The notes under the pieces are model-generated. The model ran no database searches. It was not told the DNA's origin and worked only from the letters and a program-made list of their open reading frames with translations. This document shows, piece after piece, positions 1 through 10,300 of a DNA stretch of 64,000 nucleotides (positions are counted from its first letter, which is position 1; the number at the start of each line of letters is the position of its first letter). The stretch spans positions 1 through 64,000 of the forward strand of contig MFPR01000012.1 of NCBI GenBank assembly GCA_001784175.1. The letters are read 5' to 3'. The translations under genes were made by a program, and so were the position numbers. The stretch comes from Candidatus Lindowbacteria bacterium RIFCSPLOWO2_12_FULL_62_27. GTDB taxonomy: Bacteria; Lindowbacteria; 2-12-FULL-62-27.

Positions 1-2247
1 CGCCCCCTGGCCGCTGTTTCGAATCACGAGTCCCACTTTGATCCCTGTCTGGCCCCGGCTGACCGAATCCGATGCGGATACAACGCCCGCGACCGTCAAT
101 ACTCCAGCGCCCTCGACGACCCAGGAATCCACGCCAGGATACGCCGTGCCGTCCGTGTCGCCGACGGAGAGCGACGCGCGGTTGCCGTCCGTGCCCGTGC
201 AGGACGTGACGTCGATGGTGTCCGACGTCACGCCCGACGTGGTGTCCGCCTGACCGCCGACCGCAACGGTAAACGTGTACGTGTCGCCGCTTCCCCCCGA
301 CACGCCCGTGGGTCCGCTGCTCATCGTGGCCGTAAATCCGTCGGTGTCCGCCTGGTCGTTGTCCCGGCGTTTGAACGAGAATGTGATCCCCGCGGAATCC
401 AAAACGAGCCTTGCCTCGCCGATGTTCAGGACATGGATATCCACCGTGTAGGATTTCCCCTGATACACGGTGTCGGTCGATGAAGTCACATAGCCGATGT
501 ACGGCCGGGCCGGCGTCTGAACGACGACCGTATCCGGATTTACGGCCCGCGAATCATGCGTGGCCGCGCCGATCCGGATGTCCAGCCCGCTGACGGTGTC
601 ATGCACCGCCAGCCGGCCGAGGGGCGCCGTGTCCGTGACGGAAAACCGGTACGTGAACGTCTCCGTCGCCCCGCCTGCGATCGTTGTCGATGTCGCCGAC
701 CGCGTGCCCACAAAGAAACTGTCCGACGCGGTGTCACTGCCGCTGCCGTCATACACAAACACCAGCGTATCCGCCGTCACCGTGCAGGAATTCTCACCGA
801 CGTTGGCGACGGTCACGATGACCTGCACGCTGTCCGACCCGCTCTGCCCGCGCGTCACGGAATCGGGCGTGATGGAGACCGCCAGTACGGTAAGCTCCGC
901 CGCCGCGTACACGCGCCACACAAACGAATCGTTGTCCCCGGCATCGCTGTCACTGCCGTCGGCCATGAACGTGTTGAACTTCGTGTCGACGCCCTCGAAA
1001 TACGCCGTGATCGTGTCGAATCCGGTGTCGGCGCCGGTCTTGATGATGACGTAATAACTGAACGTATCCTCAACTGACCCCGCCGGAATGATCGTATCAT
1101 TGGTGACGCCGGTGTCTCGAAACCGGAGGACGGTGAAACTGTCGCTGACGTTGGCCCCATCCCGCGCGCGTCTGAACACAAGCGTGTCGCCTCCGGACAG
1201 CCCGGCCGAATCGACCGCCGCCGTGTTTTTGATCACCACCTGCACGACAATGCTGTCCCCAGCCGTCTGCCCCTGCCCCCGTGTCACGGCCGCCCCGCTC
1301 GACACCACGATGCGCACAACGTCCAGCGTGGCGGGTTTGCGGACCTTAAGCACGCGGCTGTCGGCCCATCCGCTGACGACGCCATCATTCATCCGCGCAC
1401 GCACGCGCCAGTAGTACAAGTTATCAGCGGCCAGATCAGATGACCGGACATATGTTTCCGTGTCAACGGCGTTGGCTTCGGAAGGCGAGTCGAAGTAATA
1501 CCCGTTGAACGCCGCTGGAAACGACGACGCCGTGTCGATCTGGATTTCGTAGCTGTCGGGCAACATCGTGTCAGGAAACGTAAACACAAATACAGGCCGG
1601 ACAGCGTTGGTTTCGGCGCCGGTATCCGGCGAACTCAATTTCGGCGTGTCGTTAAACTGGATATTGACAACTCCGCTTTCCACACTATTTAGAACCGACA
1701 CCCCACTTTTAACAAGGGCCGTCGGGAAACTGCCGGATATTGTTTGGCCCACCGAAAAAACCTTTGTAAATCCAATCGTCAGTATTCCCGGTTTAATGGC
1801 TCGAAACGTAATATCAGCCATCTTCTTATCGGTAATCGAGCCCATCGACGAACTTGTAACCAACCCAAACACAGTTGTCCCGGTCGTATTATCGAGAAAC
1901 GGATAAACTTGATCATTGGGATTGTTCGTTGTCCTCGTATCCCAGAAAGTACCGCTGCCGCCGGTAGCCAGTAGTGAATCAATAACCTGAACAATACTTG
2001 CCGAAAACGATATATTTGCATACGCCTCCGCCGCATGGGTATCCGTCCTCACATAAACTTTGATGGGTATCGTTTCTCCGACATAGGCAATAAGCGGCGA
2101 ATCGGCAGGAATGGTGTCTCCGGAGGATTCGGTGATCGAGATGGAGCCGGGCAGATAGACCGCCTGCGACGAACCCGCAAAGCAGACCAAAAGGGCCGCG
2201 CCGATAATGATGGAAGCCAGTAGACGAAATATCGGTTTACCACCCAT
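1..2247 (-). CDS. Secreted cohesin-like + Fn3 + Ig-like repeat scaffold protein (partial, runs off left edge, >749 aa)
   Basis: Absent from the ORF track because it has no stop in the window; translated manually from ATG at 2247. MGGKPIFRLLASIIIGAALLVCFAGSSQA signal peptide; cohesin-like domain (GETIPIKVYVRTDTHAAEAYANISFSASIVQV...DNTTGTTVFG...KKMADITFRAIKPG); Fn3-like (PKLSSP...YEIQID...YYWRVRA); repeated V(T/S)RGQ...V.V.v.N.G beta-sandwich units. No in-frame stop down to position 1. Confidence 0.8.
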   Translation of the reverse strand, partial: MGGKPIFRLLASIIIGAALLVCFAGSSQAVYLPGSISITESSGDTIPADSPLIAYVGETIPIKVYVRTDTHAAEAYANISFSASIVQVIDSLLATGGSGTFWDTRTTNNPNDQVYPFLDNTTGTTVFGLVTSSSMGSITDKKMADITFRAIKPGILTIGFTKVFSVGQTISGSFPTALVKSGVSVLNSVESGVVNIQFNDTPKLSSPDTGAETNAVRPVFVFTFPDTMLPDSYEIQIDTASSFPAAFNGYYFDSPSEANAVDTETYVRSSDLAADNLYYWRVRARMNDGVVSGWADSRVLKVRKPATLDVVRIVVSSGAAVTRGQGQTAGDSIVVQVVIKNTAAVDSAGLSGGDTLVFRRARDGANVSDSFTVLRFRDTGVTNDTIIPAGSVEDTFSYYVIIKTGADTGFDTITAYFEGVDTKFNTFMADGSDSDAGDNDSFVWRVYAAAELTVLAVSITPDSVTRGQSGSDSVQVIVTVANVGENSCTVTADTLVFVYDGSGSDTASDSFFVGTRSATSTTIAGGATETFTYRFSVTDTAPLGRLAVHDTVSGLDIRIGAATHDSRAVNPDTVVVQTPARPYIGYVTSSTDTVYQGKSYTVDIHVLNIGEARLVLDSAGITFSFKRRDNDQADTDGFTATMSSGPTGVSGGSGDTYTFTVAVGGQADTTSGVTSDTIDVTSCTGTDGNRASLSVGDTDGTAYPGVDSWVVEGAGVLTVAGVVSASDSVSRGQTGIKVGLVIRNSGQGA

Positions 2248-2296
2248 CGTCTTTTGGCCCCCAGTTATCGACGATGGCCGGTCCACTTCCTGTCAT
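2237..2296 (-). other. 19-codon mini-ORF MTGSGPAIVDNWGPKDDGW*, a relic of the dockerin C-terminal tail, overlapping the scaffold start
   Basis: IVDNWG..DDGW* matches the C-termini of both dockerin proteins (IVDNWGQTEDGW, IVDNWGQTDDGW). GATGGGTGGTAA overlaps the next ATG exactly as at 4045-4055. Confidence 0.6.
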
Positions 2297-2357
2297 CCTA
2301 AACCCCCTTGAAACCTCACTGTGAGCATTAACCCAAAAGGACATATCGCTGTCAAGC
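2281..2357 (-). promoter_or_regulatory. sigma70-like promoter/leader block, copy B (TTGACA-17-GTTAAT), duplicated at 3047-3122
   Basis: Minus strand gcTTGACAgcgatatgtccttttggGTTAATgctcac...aggATGACAGGAAGTGGA aligns with 3047-3122. Confidence 0.55.
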
Positions 2358-2444
2358 ATTCAAATCCCCTCCGGCGGCTGTGACGCTTCCATGCGTCCCA
2401 GACTACCCGACTCTGGGTACGGCGGCATCCCTGCCGCCGCCTTC

Positions 2445-2479
2445 TTGACTCGCCCGTTCCGATTTCGGATACTTCGGGC
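2445..2479 (+). promoter_or_regulatory. Leaderless-type promoter of antitoxin copy 1
   Basis: TTGACT-17-GATACT-tcgggc-ATG with no SD; same layout at 21940-21974. Confidence 0.6.
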
Positions 2480-2689
2480 ATGAGAACAGTTGCCGGTCGA
2501 AATTCGGGAATCAGCATGCGGAGCGGGCATATGGACCCGGAAGGCGCAAAAAAGGCCGTGCTGGCGGCGCGGGCCAACAAGCGAAAAAACGGAGGCCGGT
2601 TTAAGGGCCTGAGCCGGGAACAGATTTTGGTGCAAATTAAAAAATCCAGGTATGAGATTTTCGAGGAACGATTTGGGGTGTGTAACTGA
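2480..2689 (+). CDS. Small putative antitoxin (copy 1) upstream of a PIN fragment
   Basis: GGRFKGLSREQILVQIKKSRYEIFEE is homologous to GGPTKGKTEEEILRAMKKTREELWDK of 21975-22157; same promoter motif; overlaps a PIN remnant. Confidence 0.6.
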   Translation: MRTVAGRNSGISMRSGHMDPEGAKKAVLAARANKRKNGGRFKGLSREQILVQIKKSRYEIFEERFGVCN

Positions 2690-2894
2690 AAACGACGATC
2701 TGGTTCCGATGGCCTTGTATGCCAAATATGTCAGCCGGAACTTGAAGTCCGCCGACGCCTTGATTGCCGCATATTCCGAGTGGGTCAAGGCCGAATTGTT
2801 GGTCAGCGAAAACCGTGATTTCTTGGCGCTGTCAACCCCCCTGCCGTTTCGAGTCGTGAAAGCGGCCGCATTCCTGCGAGAATTCGCCGTCTGA
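2673..2894 (+). pseudogene. PIN-domain (VapC-like) toxin, C-terminal half only
   Basis: ADALIAAYSEWVKAELLVSENRDFL...PFRVVKAAAFL is a PIN C-terminal pattern; the N-terminal hhhD(T/A)N motif is missing. Confidence 0.65.
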
Positions 2895-3046
2895 TTCATC
2901 CCGCGCCCCTTCTATAGCCCGACGCCGAATTAGGCGTCAGAACCCCACTATATAATATGGAGAGGGGAACGACCACGGTGCGCTTCATGGCACGCTCCGC
3001 ACGCCCGGCGGCGATGGCCGGGGCCTACCGCATTGTGAATCTCCCA

Positions 3047-3122
3047 GTCCGCTCCCTGTCATCCTATACCCCCTCAAAGCTCATTGTGAACATTAACCCC
3101 AAAAAGCGTATTGCCGTCAAGC
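3047..3122 (-). repeat. Promoter/leader block, copy A (TTGACG-17-GTTAAT), direct repeat of 2281-2357
   Basis: gtccgctccctgtcatcctatacccc...cattaacccc...gtcaagc vs gtccacttcctgtcatcctaaacccc...cattaaccca...gtcaagc. Confidence 0.75.
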
Positions 3123-3125
3123 GAA

Positions 3126-4055
3126 TCACCGCTTCGGGCGTGGCCGAACCACGGCCAGCGCGCGGGAATCCGACCACCCACTCACTACCCCGTCGTTCGT
3201 CCACGCGCGTGCGCGCCAGTAGTACATGGCCGGCGGCAGATCGGACGAGAGCACATGCGTCTCCGTGTCGATGGGGTTCGCCTCCGAAGCCGTATCCACG
3301 AAATACCCATTCGCAAACGCCGGCGATGTATCGATCTGGATTTCGTAGCCGTCCGCCGGCATCGTGTCAGGAAACGTGAACACAAACGCCGGTCGCGCCG
3401 AACTACTCTCGCTATTGTTCGCAGGCGAACTCAATTTCGGGGTGTCGTTGAATAGTACATTGATAACGCCGCCTTCCACACGATTTAAAACCGACACCCC
3501 GCGTTTGACAATGGCCGTCGGGAAACTGCCGCATATTGTTTCACCCGGCGCAAAAATATTTGCGAAGCCCATCGTGGAAATTCCCGGCTTAATGGCTCGA
3601 AACACAAGGTCGGCCATCTTCTTGTCGGTGATCGCGCCCGGAGACGAACTTGCCAGCAACCCCAACACGATTGTTCCGGTCGCATTATCGAGAAACGGAT
3701 ACAGGCTGGAAATTTTTGCCGCGACCAAACTTCTCGAACCTCTCGTATCCCAAAATGCCCCCCCGCCTCCTCCGGCAACTTGCGAATCTATTACCCGCAG
3801 TATGCTTGGCGAAAATGTTACATTCGCATATACCTCCGCCGCATGGGTGTCCGTCCTCACATAAACTTTGATCGGTATCGTATTTCCGACGTAGGCAGTA
3901 AGCGGGGACGCGGCAGGAATGGTGTCTCCTGAGGAATTTGTGATCGAGATGGAGCCGGCCGGATAGGCCGCCTGCGATGAACCCTCAGAGCAGACTGAGA
4001 GGGACGCGCCGAGAATAATGGATAGCAATATACGAAATATCGGTTTACCACCCAT
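3126..4055 (-). CDS. Secreted cohesin-like + Fn3 protein (309 aa), short paralog of 1-2247
   Basis: Start at MGGKPIFRILLSIILGA (signal peptide). Cohesin pattern VGNTIPIKVYV...VTFSPSILRVID...DNATGTIVLG...MADLVFRAIKPG. Colinear with the N-terminus of 1-2247 and ends RPRPKR. Confidence 0.8.
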   Translation of the reverse strand: MGGKPIFRILLSIILGASLSVCSEGSSQAAYPAGSISITNSSGDTIPAASPLTAYVGNTIPIKVYVRTDTHAAEVYANVTFSPSILRVIDSQVAGGGGGAFWDTRGSRSLVAAKISSLYPFLDNATGTIVLGLLASSSPGAITDKKMADLVFRAIKPGISTMGFANIFAPGETICGSFPTAIVKRGVSVLNRVEGGVINVLFNDTPKLSSPANNSESSSARPAFVFTFPDTMPADGYEIQIDTSPAFANGYFVDTASEANPIDTETHVLSSDLPPAMYYWRARAWTNDGVVSGWSDSRALAVVRPRPKR

Positions 4056-4325
4056 CTTCGGTTTGCCCCCAATTATCGACGATGACGGACCAATCGCCGG
4101 GGCCGACATCGCCGCTGTTGTTGGAATCCGCGGTCGGATCGGTGGACCCCCAATTATCGACGACCACCGACCAATCGCCGGGGCCGATGTCGCCGCTGCC
4201 GTTCGCGTCGCCCTTGACCAAAGATGGTATCGTAATACCGGCGCCTCCGTTAATGACGCCATTTGCGATGGTAACGCTGACCCTGCGGGTCAAAGCGCCC
4301 GGCGCCTTGATTTCAATCCTATAGT
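4045..4325 (-). repeat. X-module/dockerin-coding direct repeat, copy 2 (other copy ~10301-10580)
   Basis: Near-identical DNA, e.g. gcccccaattatcgacgatgac...gacatcgccgctgttgttggaatccgc...gatgtcgccgctgccgttcgcgtcgcc. Confidence 0.85.
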
Positions 4326-7300
4326 CGCCATCGAGGCCGTTGCCCAAGCTCATGATTCCGGTCGCGCCCGTTGTGTCTTGAGAAAGCGCTGTGGCCGAAT
4401 CCGAAGCATTTTTCAGGGACACCGAAATGCCGGACGAATCCCTGCTGCCCGGCACGCTGAAAGATATGGAAAATTGCGTACCCCCGGAACCGGCCCACAT
4501 CGCCGGACTGTTCAGATAAACCGAAGCGGTCCGCCCGCCGCTGTCGGTCAAGGTGAGCAGGCGATACCCGCCGACGGTGATGGAGACGGTGCATTGACTG
4601 ACGCCGCTGACGAACGACGCGGAGGCACTCGGCGTCACGGCGCCGGAGTCGATGGAAAGTATGACGGGATTGACGGCAACCATATATGTCTCGCCGAACT
4701 GGCCGCGCGCCACGATCCGCAGGGCGAACGATACTCCCGCCGCGACGGTATCCGGAGGGATGAGTCGATAAGACGTGAGCTGCCATTGTCGGACGGAATA
4801 CGAGTAGAAACTCTCGTTCTCGTACGGCGCCGTATCCACCGCCGTCACGCAGTAGTAGTAGTCCGTTCCCGGGCCTGCGCCCGTGTCCTGAAATCGCCGG
4901 ATCCCCGTCGCCGCGCTTACCTGGCCGACCTTATTCCATGACGACGTGTCCGCCACCGCGCTGCGGTAGATGCGATATAGGCCGACCCCCACCGCGCCGC
5001 CGGTCGTCTCCTCGTTCGTCGAAACCGCCGCCCACTCCAGGATCACGCTCGTGTCGTTGCCGACCACCGCAACCGTGTCCGGCGCCCGCGGCGCGGTCGT
5101 ATCGGCGCCGGCGGTGGTGTCGACCTCGGCCAGACGCCACGGCGTGTAAAGGACTGAATCCGCGTTTACGTTTTGGAATATCCTATTTCGAATCGTCAGG
5201 GAATCCGTCGTGTACCAGTAATTGCGGTCGAAGGTGAATGGACCCGGGGAGGAGGTGGGGGCATTGTAGACGGCACGGTCCGGATAGGTCGATGAGGGTT
5301 TGATGTTGTTTTTCTCGAATGTATTGGATACGGACGAGTAGGCGACATAGACCTGATAATCACGATTATCTCTGATGGTGTTCTGAACAAACACGTTGTA
5401 CGAGCCGTAACCAATGTTGACCCCGTAGTAGTTGGTGGTGGACGCCAGAAGATTGTTCCTGAAAATGTTGCTGTCTGCGCCATTATATATGTCAACCGCA
5501 TAATTGTAACTGGACGTCACGGCATTTCCGAGGATCCAGTTCCCCTTCGCGATGGAGAGTTGAAGTCCGGACGTTGCCCCGCTGATCGTATTGGCGGTGA
5601 CGGTGTTACCGCTTACGGTACCCAGCGAGATAGCTGTTCCACCGGACGTGATGGTGTTGCTCCCGATCGTGTTCGTGTCCGATCCGCTCGCCAGGCCGAC
5701 CGCCTCGCCAGACTGGACGTTCAACGTGTTGTTCGAGATCGTGTTGCCGGAACTGGCGGTCAAGGACGCGCCGTATGTGTTGTTGGAGAAATAATTGTTG
5801 TCGATGGTATTGCCGGAGGAACCTGAAAGTGCAATGCCGCTTTGCCCCATGTAGGTGAACACGCTGGCCGAAATCGAGTTGGTGTCGGAACCGCTGGAAA
5901 GCAGGATTCCGTACTGGCATCCCGAGACGGTGGCGGCTTTGAGGGTCGAGCGATCGACGTTGATGAATTTGACGCCTCGGTACGCATTGTAGACCGCCAG
6001 ATTTCGGATCAGGAGATTCACCCGGTTGTCGGCATAAATCCCGTATTGATTGAAATCGGAATACAAGCCGGGAGGATTGAGAATCGTCGAGGACGAGTCC
6101 TTGCCGATCAGGCTGATGCTGTCGGCGGTAATGTTGATGACGGCCGACTCCGAAGCGGTGCTCGCCACCCTCGTCGTATAAACGCCGGAATCGAGCCAGA
6201 TCGTGTCCCCCGCCGTGGCCACGCTCATCGCCTTCGACGGACTCAAAAACGGCCTTTGAATCGTACCGTCGCCCATCAGGTCCGATCCGGCGGCATAGGT
6301 GAAGGAATCGCCCGACGTCGTCGTGTCGTTCACGTACCAGTTCACGACCGGTTGCGCGGCCGCCGAATCGTAGGAGGGCTGCGAATCCGAATAGAAACTT
6401 TCATTCACAAACGGCAAGGCCCCGTCAATGGCCGTGACCCGATAAAAGTAATTGTCCGTCAGCAAAGACACGTTCGTGTCCTGGTGCCGGATCACGCCCG
6501 AACCGACCTGAGCCACCTGCACCCACGACGACGTGTCCTTCACTTTGCTGCGGTACACCCGGTACCCCGACAACCCCGCCCCGCCCGCATTTCCGTCCTC
6601 ATTTGCCGTTACCGCCGACCACTCGAGAACCACCAGCGTGTCGCTCGGCCGGCCGAGGATCGCCACCGTGTCCGGGGCTTCGGGCGCGACGATATCGGCG
6701 CCCGATGCCGTGTCGACCCCGCCTGTTCGATAGGGGGAGAATGCCGACGCGGTGTCGGCGAATTTCGCCTTGATCGTCACCGAATCTATCGACCCAAACC
6801 AGTTGCGGGTGATGGTCTGAGTGAGACCGCCTTGGTTGTACACGTTGTTGACGGCGTTGCCGGTGATGTTGTTTCTCCGGATGACGTTGGCGCCGGACGA
6901 TCCGGCGATCCACACGCCCGTGTCGTTGGACTGGATGTCGTTTTGGACGACGGCGGTCGAATCCGAACTTGAAATATAAACGCCGGCCTGCGCGTTCGAA
7001 CCGGCCGCGTTGTTCGTCACCGTGTTGTTGTTCGAATTCGACTCCACCATAACGCCGACGGAATTCGAATGGGCGATGTTGTTGCTCACCGTGTTGTTCG
7101 AACTCCGATTGAGAATGACGCCCCAGAAATTCGAATGGGCCGTGTTGTTCGTCACCGCGTTGGTGTCGGAACCATCGAGGAGATGAATCCCAATGCCGCC
7201 GCAGGACGACGCGCTGTCGCCGAGAATCGTCGACAGGTCCACGTTGTCGAAATGAATTCCGTCGTACGCCCCTGTCACGCCGATGTTCTTGACCAGGAGG

Positions 7301-10300
7301 TTGACCTGCGTGTCGGCGTAGATGCCGTAGAGGCCGCTTTGCGTGTTCGCGCCCGGCGGATCGATCACCGTCGCGTTCGAATCCTTGCCGATGATCGTGA
7401 TCCCGTCCGTGTCGATCTTGAATGCCGCGGTCTCCGTGGACGAAACCGTCACATAGGTATCCGCGTACAATCCGGCGTCGATGTAAATCACATCGCCGGA
7501 CTTGGCCGATTGCATCACGCGCGCCACTGAACGGAACGGTTTCGACCGTGAACCGTCGCCGTACGCCGTGTCGGTTCCCCCGGCGTAGGTGAACGAGTCG
7601 GCCGACGCCGCCGTGTCGTTCACGAACCAGGTCTTCTGCGACGAATTCTGCGCGGCGTCGGAAGGCTGGGAGTCGCTGTAAAAGCTCTCGTTGGCAAAGG
7701 GACTGGCCGCGTCGAAGGCCGTGACCCGGTAATAATACGGCTGCCACTGCAATACGGCCGTATCCTGGTACCGGATCGCGCCCGACCCGACCTGCCCGAC
7801 CTGCATCCACCACGATGTATCCTTGACCGTGCTGCGGTATACGCGGTAACCCGCCAGCGTGACGTTGCCGCCGTTGGCTTCCTCCAGCGTCGTCACGTTC
7901 GACCACTCGAGGATGATCGACGTGTCGCTGGCGCCCTGCCCGACGATCGCCACCGTGTCCGGAGCTTTCGGCGCCGTCGTGTCGGCGCCGGCGGTGGTGT
8001 CGACCGTACCGAGGCGGAACGGCTGCCATGCGCTCGCCGTGTCGCCAACCCTGGCTTTGATCGTCACCGAGTCGGTCGAGCCGAACCAGTTGCGCGTCAG
8101 GGTCTGGATGAGACCGCCGGCGTTCCACACGTGGTAGGCGTTGTTGCCGATGATGTTGTTTTTCGTGATGATGTTATTTCTGGACGCAGCGAAAATCCCC
8201 ACGCCCGTGTCGTTGAACGTCACTTCGTTTTGGGTGATGACATTTGTATCCGAACTTGACAGATAAATACCGGTCATCGTATTCGAACGGGCCGTGTTAT
8301 GGCTCACCGCGTTCTTCGAAGACGCAGTGAGATGGATGCCGTCCAACGAATTCGAACCGGCCGTGTTGTGGCTCAACGTGCAGGTGTCGGAACCGTTCAA
8401 TAGATGGATTCCGTGACCGCCGTTCGAGGATGCGCTGACGCCCGTGAGGGTCGACTGATCCACATTCACAAACTTGATTCCATCGTACGCCCCCGTCACC
8501 CCGAGATTCTGTATGCGAAGCCCGACTTGCGTGTCGGCGTAGATGCCGTAGAGGTTGGCGTCGGTATTCGCCCCCGGCGGGTCGATCACCGTCGCGGCTG
8601 AGTCCTTGCCGATAATCGTCAGGTTGTTCGTGTCGATTTTGATGCCGGCATTCTCGGTCGATGAAACCTTGACGTAGGAGTCGTACATCCCCGCGTCGAC
8701 ATGGAGGGTGTCGCCGGATTTGGCCTTGTTGAGAGCCCGGATGATCGTGCGAAACGGGGCGGAGGGGGAACCGACCCCTGTCGTGTCTGAGCCGGAGGCG
8801 TAGGTGAAGGAGTCGGTGGCACCGTTCACCCACGTGTCGTTCACGTACCATGTTTGGGCCCGGGTATCGCGGATGAACGCGGTGAAGAGCGCCCGGCCGC
8901 CCACCAGCGTGATGTTGTCAATCTCCACGCGCGCGGGATTGCCGGTATAAGGTTGGGAATTGGGCGACGAGGTCGCGTCAAACCGCGTTTTGTTTCCGGT
9001 GCCCGGCCACGGGTTGGCGGCCGTTGCCGCGGTCACATCGACGTCCGAGCTGTCCGCCTCCACCAGATCCACCCGGCGGTGCGGTACGGCGGAACTGACG
9101 TTGTTGATGTTGTTCATGGCGAGTGTGCCCATGCTGTTGTCGATATGCCAGATGAGCAGGCCGGAACCGGGGGCGGAATCGATGCCGTAGGGGGAGCTCG
9201 GCGCGCGGTATTCGATGAGGAAATATTCCGTTTCGTTGCCGGCGTTGGCGTAAATTTTACAGACCTTGGAATCCGTTTCGGAACGCGACAGATCAACAGC
9301 CGTGTCCGCCGATACCACGACGGCGCCGAGCCAGCCCAACAATTCGCGGTGCCACGGGTCGATCATCGCCGGCGAATCGCCTTCGGGCCGGCCGATATAA
9401 TTCCCGCTGGCCATGAGCGACCAGTCCGACACGCCGGCTGATTGCGTGACGGTGTTGTAGATGTCGGCCAGCCCCAAAACGTGGCCCATCTCATGGCAGA
9501 ACGTCCCCATCGGCGCCACACGGTCGTATGGGCCAAACGGCCCCGGGCCGGCCGTCCCCGGCATCATGATGGCGAGGGTGACGGTGTCCTGCGTCTGCCG
9601 GTCCGTATAACTGTCGTTCAAACCATCGAACATGCTGGCGCTCAAATCTCCGCCGAGCCCGCTGACCTGTTTGCTCATCCCGGCGTAGAATACGGCAACG
9701 AAATCGTAGTAGCCGAAGTTGACCCACGTGTCGACGCGCTCGCAGACTTCGCGGATGAGGTCCGCCTGCCGCATGCCGGTGGCGTAGTAGCCCATCGTCT
9801 CGGAGGCCGTGACCATGAGCGTGTCAAAAACGGTGGAGGACATCTGAAGCTGATTGTAGGAGACCATGCGGTAGTAGTTATCGGCGCGGCTCAAGATTAT
9901 CCGGATGGTGTCGCCGACGGAATTGGTGTCGCCGAGCAGGTCGGGCGCGAACTGGCCGCTGCCGCTGGTGACAGCGTCGTTGTCGGCTTGGAACTGCACG
10001 ATGAACGCCGCAACCTTGAGATTGCCGGTCGGGGCGGGCGTTCTGTTCGGCGCCATTCTGCCGCCGCCACCCGCCGGCGCCGAAAGCGTCCGTTTGGAAA
10101 TCTTGCTCCAGAGATGGCCCACCCTGTCCGGGCACAACACGGGAACGGTTTCGCCGCGCGCGCGCATCTCGGCGATGATTTTCGGATGGTACGGCGCCGC
10201 CTGCGCGGGGCAAAGTGAAAAGTGCAAAGTGAAAAGCGCAAAGCAAGCGGCCAAGAGCAGCGGGATAGGCGCACAGCCCGATCCGGGCATATTAATCGGT

